Source: Eledone cirrhosa (lineage: Eukaryota). From it: a DNA stretch of 64,000 nucleotides. Each line of letters begins with the position of its first letter. The stretch's first letter is position 1. Of the stretch, positions 57,870 to 64,000 are shown in pieces. The DNA is taken from the NCBI GenBank assembly GCA_964016885.1, contig OZ024756.1:23436001-23500000 (forward strand), written 5' to 3'. The notes beneath the pieces are model-generated. The model searched no databases. It was not told where the DNA came from and saw only the letters and a program-made list of their open reading frames with translations. Made by a program: the position numbers and the translations under genes.

Positions 57870-60800
57870 TGAAATGTTTTGGTGTGTATGTAAAGGTTTG
57901 TGTGTGTATATATGTGTAAATGTGAGGGTGTGTGTAAATATTTGTGTATATGTATGTAAATGTGAATATTTGTATGTAAATGTTTGTGTGTGTGTGTATA
58001 TATGTGTAAATGTTTGTGTGTGTGTAAATATTTGTGTATATGTATGTAAATGTTTGTGTGTGTGTATATATGTGTAAATGTTTGTGTGTGTGTAAATATT
58101 TGTGTATATGTATGTAAATGTTTGTGTGTGTGTATATATGTGTAAATGTTTGTGTGTGTGTAAATATTTGTGTATATGTATGTAAATGTGAATATTTGTA
58201 TGTAAATGTTTGTGTGTGTGTAAATATTTGTGTATATGTATGTAAATGTTTGTGTGTGTGTATATATGTGTAAATGTTTGTTTGTGTGTAAATATTTGTG
58301 TATATGAATGTAAATGCTTGTGTGTGTGTATATATGTGTAAATGTTTGTGTGTGTGTAAATATTTGTATATATGTATGTAAATGTTTGTGTGTGTGTAAA
58401 TATCTGTGTATATGTATGTAAATGTTTGTGTGTGTGTAAATATCTGTGTATATGTATGTAAATGTTTGTCTATGTGTAAATATTTGGGTATATGTATGTA
58501 AATGTGAATATTTGTATGTAAATGTTTGTGTGTGTGTAAATATCTGTGTATATGTATGTAAATGTTTGTGTGTGTGTATATATGTGTAAATGTTTGTGTA
58601 TGTAAATATTTGTGTATATGTATGTAAATGTTTGTGTGTGTGTAAATATCTGTGTATATGTATGTAAATGTTTGTGTGTGTGTATATATGTGTAAATGTT
58701 TGTGTGTGTGTAAATATTTGTGTATATGTATGTAAATGTGAATATTTGTATGTAAATGTTTGTGTGTGTGTAAATATCTGTGTATATGTATGTAAATGCT
58801 TGTGTGTGTGTATATATGTGTAAATGTTTGTGTGTGTGTAAATATTTGTGTATATGTATGTAAATGTGAATATTTGTATGTAAATGTTTGTGTGTGTGTA
58901 AATATCTGTGTATATGTATGTAAATGTTTGCGTGTGTGTGTATATATGTGTAAATGTTTGTGTGTGTGTAAATATTTGTGTATATGTATGTAAATGTTTG
59001 TGTGTGTGTATATATGTGTAAATGTTTGTCTGTGTGTAAATATTTGTGTATATGTATGTAAATGTTTGTGTGTGTGTGTAAATATCTGTGTATATGTATG
59101 TAAATGTTTGCGTGTGTGTGTATATATGTGTAAATATTTGTGTGTGTGTAAATATTTGTGTATATGTATGTAAATGTTTGTGTGTGTGTATATATGTGTA
59201 AATGTTTGTGTGTGTGTAGATATTTGTGTATATGTATGTAAATGTGAATATTTGTATGTAAATGTTTGTGTGTGTGTAAATATTTGTGTATATGTATGTA
59301 AATGTTTGTGTGTGTGTATATATGTGTAAATGGGAGGGCGTGTGTAAATATTTGTGTATACGTATGTAAATGTGAATATTTGTATGTAAATGTTTGTGTG
59401 TGTGTGTATATATGTGTAAATGTTTGTGTGTGTGTAAATATTTGTGTATATGTATGTAAATGTGAATATTTGTATATAAATATTTGTGTGTGTAAATATT
59501 TGTGTATATGTATGTAAATGCTTGTGTGTGTGTATGTAAATGTGAATATTTGTATGTAAATGTTTGTGTGTGTAAATATATGTGTATATGTATGTAAATG
59601 TTTGTGTGTGTGTATATATGTGTAAATGTTTGTGTGTGTGTAAATATTTGTATATATGTATGTAAATGTTTGTGTGTGTGTAAATATCTGTGTATATGTA
59701 TGTAAATGTTTGTGTGTGTGTATATATGTGTAAATGTTTGTCTATGTGTAAATATTTGTGTATATGTATGTAAATGTTTGTGTGTGTGTATATATATGTA
59801 AATGTTTGTGTGTGTGTAAATATTTGTGTATATGTATGTAAATGTTTGTGTGTGTGTAAATATCTGTGTATATGTATGTAAATGTTTGTGTGTATATATG
59901 TGTAAATGTTTGTCTGTGTGTAAATATTTGTGTATATGTATGTAAATGTGAATATTTGTATGTAAATGTTTGTGTGTGTGTAAATATTTGTGTATATGTA
60001 TGTAAATGTTTGTGTGTGTGTGTATATATGTGTAAATGTTTGTGTGTGTAAATATTTGTGTATATGCATGTAAATGTTTGTGTGTGTGTATATATGTGTA
60101 AATGTTTGTGTGTGTGTAAATATCTGTGTATATGTATGTAAATGTTTGTGTGTGTGTAAATATTTGTGTATATGTATGTAAATGTTTGTGTGTGTGTATA
60201 TATGTGTAAATGTTTGTCTGTGTGTAAATATTCGTGTATATGTATGTAAATGTGAATATTTGTATGTAAATGTTTGTGTGTGTGTAAATATTTGTGTATA
60301 TGTATGTAAATGTTAGTGTGTGTGTATATATGTGTAAATGTTTGTGTGTGTGTAAATATTTGTGTATATGTATGTAAATGTGAATATTTGTATATAAATA
60401 TTTGTGTGTGTGTAAATATTTGTGTATATGTATGTAAATGCTTGTGTGTGTGTATATATGTGTAAATGTTTGTGTGTGTGTAAATATTTGTATATATGTA
60501 TGTAAATGTTTGTGTGTGTGTAAATATCTGTGTATATGTATGTAAATATTTGTGTGTGTGTAAATATCTGTGTATATGTATGTAAATGTTTGTCTATGTG
60601 TAAATATTTGTGTATATGTATGTAAATGTGAATATTTGTATGTAAATGTTTGTGTGTGTGTAAATATCTGTGTATATGTATGTAAATGTGTGTGTGTGTG
60701 TATATATGTGTAAATGTTTGTCTGTGTGTAAATATCTGTGTATATGTATGTAAATGTTTGTGTGTGTGTATATATGTGTAAATGGGAGGGCGTGTGTAAA

Positions 60801-62292
60801 TATTTGTGTATATGTATGTAAATGTGAATATTTGTATGTAAATGTTTGTGTGTGTGTAAATATTCGTGTATATGTATGTAAATGTTTGTGTGTGTGTGTA
60901 TATATGTGTAAATGTTTGTGTGTGTAAATATTTGTGTATATGCATGTAAATGTTTGTGTGTGTGTATATATGTGTAAATGTTTGTGTGTGTGCAAATATC
61001 TGTGTATATGTATGTAAATGTTTGTGTGTGTGTAAATATTTGTGTATATGTATGTAAATGTTTGTGTGTGTGTATATATGTGTAAATGTTTGTGTGTGTG
61101 TAAATATTTGTGTATATGTATGTAAATGTGAATATTTGTATGTAAATGTTTGTGTGTGTGTAAATATTTGTGTATATGTATGTAAATGTTTGTGTGTGTG
61201 TATATATGTGTAAATGTTTGTGTGTGTGTAAATATTTGTGTATATGTATGTAAATGTGAATATTTGTATGTAAATGTTTGTGTGTGTAAATATTTGTGTA
61301 TATGTATGTAAATGTTTGTGTGTGTGTATATATATGTAAATGTTTGTGTGTGTGTAAATATCTGTGTATATGTATGTAAATGTTTGTGTGTGTGTAAATA
61401 TTTGTGTATATGTATGTAAATGTGAATATTTGTATGTAAATGTTTGTGTGTGTGTGTAAATATTTGTGTATATGTATGTAAATGTTTGTGTGTGTGTATA
61501 TATGTGTAAATGTTTGTCTGTGTGTAAATATTTGTGTATATGTATGTAAATGTGAATATTTGTATGTAAATGTTTGTGTGTGTGTAAATATTCGTGTATA
61601 TGTATGTAAATGTTTGTGTGTGTGTGTATATATGTGTAAATGTTTGTGTGTGTAAATATTTGTGTATATGCATGTAAATGTTTGTGTGTGTGTATATATG
61701 TGTAAATGTTTGTGTGTGTGTAAATATCTGTGTATATGTATGTAAATGTTTGTGTGTGTGTAAATATTTGTGTATATGTATGTAAATGTTTGTGTGTGTG
61801 TATATATGTGTAAATGTTTGTCTGTGTGTAAATATTTGTGTATATGTATGTAAATGTGAATATTTGTATGTAAATGTTTGTGTGTGTAAATATCTGTGTA
61901 TATGTATGTAAATGTTTGTTTGTGTGTATATATGTGTAAATGTTGGTCTATGTGTAAATATTTGTGTATATGTATGTAAATGTGAATATTTGTATGTAAA
62001 TGTTTGTGTGTGTGTAAATGTTTGTGTATATGTATGTAAATGTTTGTGTGTGTGTATATATATGTAAATATTTGTGTATATGTATGTAAATGTTTGTGTG
62101 TGTGTGTAAATATCTGTGTATATGTATGTAAATGTTTGTGTGTGTGTATATATGTGTAAATGTTTGTCTATGTGTAAATATTTGTGTATATGTATGTAAA
62201 TGTGAATATTTGTATGTAAATGTTTGTGTGTGTAAATATTTGTGTATATGTATGTAAATGTGAATATTTGTATGTAAATGTTTGTGTGTGTG
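57870..62292. repeat. About 4.4-kb TG/TA-derived satellite (TGTAAA-punctuated units)
   Basis: Recurrent tgtaaatatttgtgtatatgtatgtaaatgtttgtgtgtg with rare shared variants (gggagggcg at about 59332 and 60784). Confidence 0.95.
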
Positions 62293-62520
62293 TTATCTGG
62301 CTGAGTTCGCCAATTAAAATTAAATCCATTGTCTCTCTAACCTACAAGTGAACCTTCAAAACACATGTGTGCCTATAACGTTTAATATTCATTCTTTTCA
62401 AAATGGAAATTGGATCGGCTCATACAAAGACTATTCACTTGAGATCGAATGAATATCTGAAAATGCCGTGCCAATATCTGAGAATGCTGCCCCCTCCCCT
62501 ACATATATATATAAATATAA

Positions 62521-62557
<37 letters not shown>

Positions 62558-62570
62558 CATATATGTATAC

Positions 62571-62633
<63 letters not shown>

Positions 62634-62708
62634 TATGTATACATTTATATGTATACATATATATACACATAAAGACATATATACATATATATATATGTAT
62701 ATATATAC

Positions 62709-62803
<95 letters not shown>

Positions 62804-63240
62804 CATGTGTGTGTGTGTATATATAAATAACATGTGTACTTAGATTCATATATATATTTGAATGTACAGATATATAGCAATGTGTATACTTAAATATATA
62901 TACGTTATTTCATAATTTGTATTCTTCTTATATATATATATATGAATGAGTGCATGTATGTTTATGATTGTAGAAAGCAGACGACAGAGAATTCAATGAG
63001 AATAACTCCCCATCCCAATATTACATGACTCCACCTCTCTCACTACACCCTAGCACACCCTCCTACATCTTCCCCCTCCCATCATACAATACTCCCACCC
63101 CACCCACCCCACCATTTTATACAAAACAAAACTGATAGAAAGACGAATGTTGAATTTGATCCTTTCTATTGTCTGTAAAGAAATTTTAATATTTATACCA
63201 CAGACACACGAACACATATATATACATATACATACATGTA

Positions 63241-63292
<52 letters not shown>

Positions 63293-63324
63293 ATATATAT
63301 ATATATGTGTCTATATATATATAT

Positions 63325-63364
<40 letters not shown>

Positions 63365-63370
63365 TATATT

Positions 63371-63410
<40 letters not shown>

Positions 63411-63535
63411 TATATTTATATATAAATATATATATATATATTGTATATATATATATATATTGTATATATATTGTATATATATATATATATATTGTATATA
63501 TATATATATATATATTGTATATATATATATATTGC

Positions 63536-63612
<77 letters not shown>

Positions 63613-64000
63613 TATATATGTATATATATATGTATATATGTATCCGTCACTACTTCAACACCAATAACAACCATCACCACCGCCACCACCACTACAATTA
63701 ACAACAACAACAACAACAACAATAAAATAGATCTCCCTTTCTTAAGGAATTCTCGTGATACCTGGTCCCCTTTCAAGTAACCCGAGACTCCCACTGGAGT
63801 GTGTGTGTGTGTGTATTGCGTGTGTGTATAGTGTGGCATGACTGTGTATATGTGTATGTGAGTGTCATATGTGTGTGTGTGTGTTACATATATATGATAG
63901 TGTGCGTGTGTGTGTATTGCGTGTGTGTATTGTGTGTGTATAGTGTGGCATGACTGTGTATATGTGTACAGGACATATATATGATAGTGTGTCTGTGTGT

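Noticed and set aside
57367-60069. 900-aa His/Thr/Ile/Tyr-rich ORF
   Set aside because: It is a stop-free reading of a TG/TA satellite.

Overview
Eukaryotic, AT-rich, microsatellite-saturated genomic DNA. The SINE families and the (TA)n/(TAA)n density suggest an invertebrate, probably an octopod cephalopod (inference). One real protein-coding gene is supported: a minus-strand Bsx/bsh (brain-specific homeobox) gene with three coding exons (50626-50311, 47392-47205, 44360-44040; 274 aa, eh1 motif plus homeodomain). Nearly all long ORFs in the track are microsatellite artefacts. The rest is transposon debris: tRNA-derived SINEs, RTE, Tx1-like and R4/Dong-like LINE 3' ends, a Penelope GIY-YIG fragment with a 5' inversion, hAT/mariner/MULE-type MITEs and minisatellites. 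The main unexpected signal is a dense set of more than a dozen intact or decayed minimal type-I hammerhead ribozyme motifs from several sequence families. They sit in short non-coding cassettes, mostly beside (TA)n tracts and often as head-to-head palindromes. They include a U3-A8 compensatory core variant, and the copies sense to the Bsx pre-mRNA are disabled. All structures were folded by eye, not computed.
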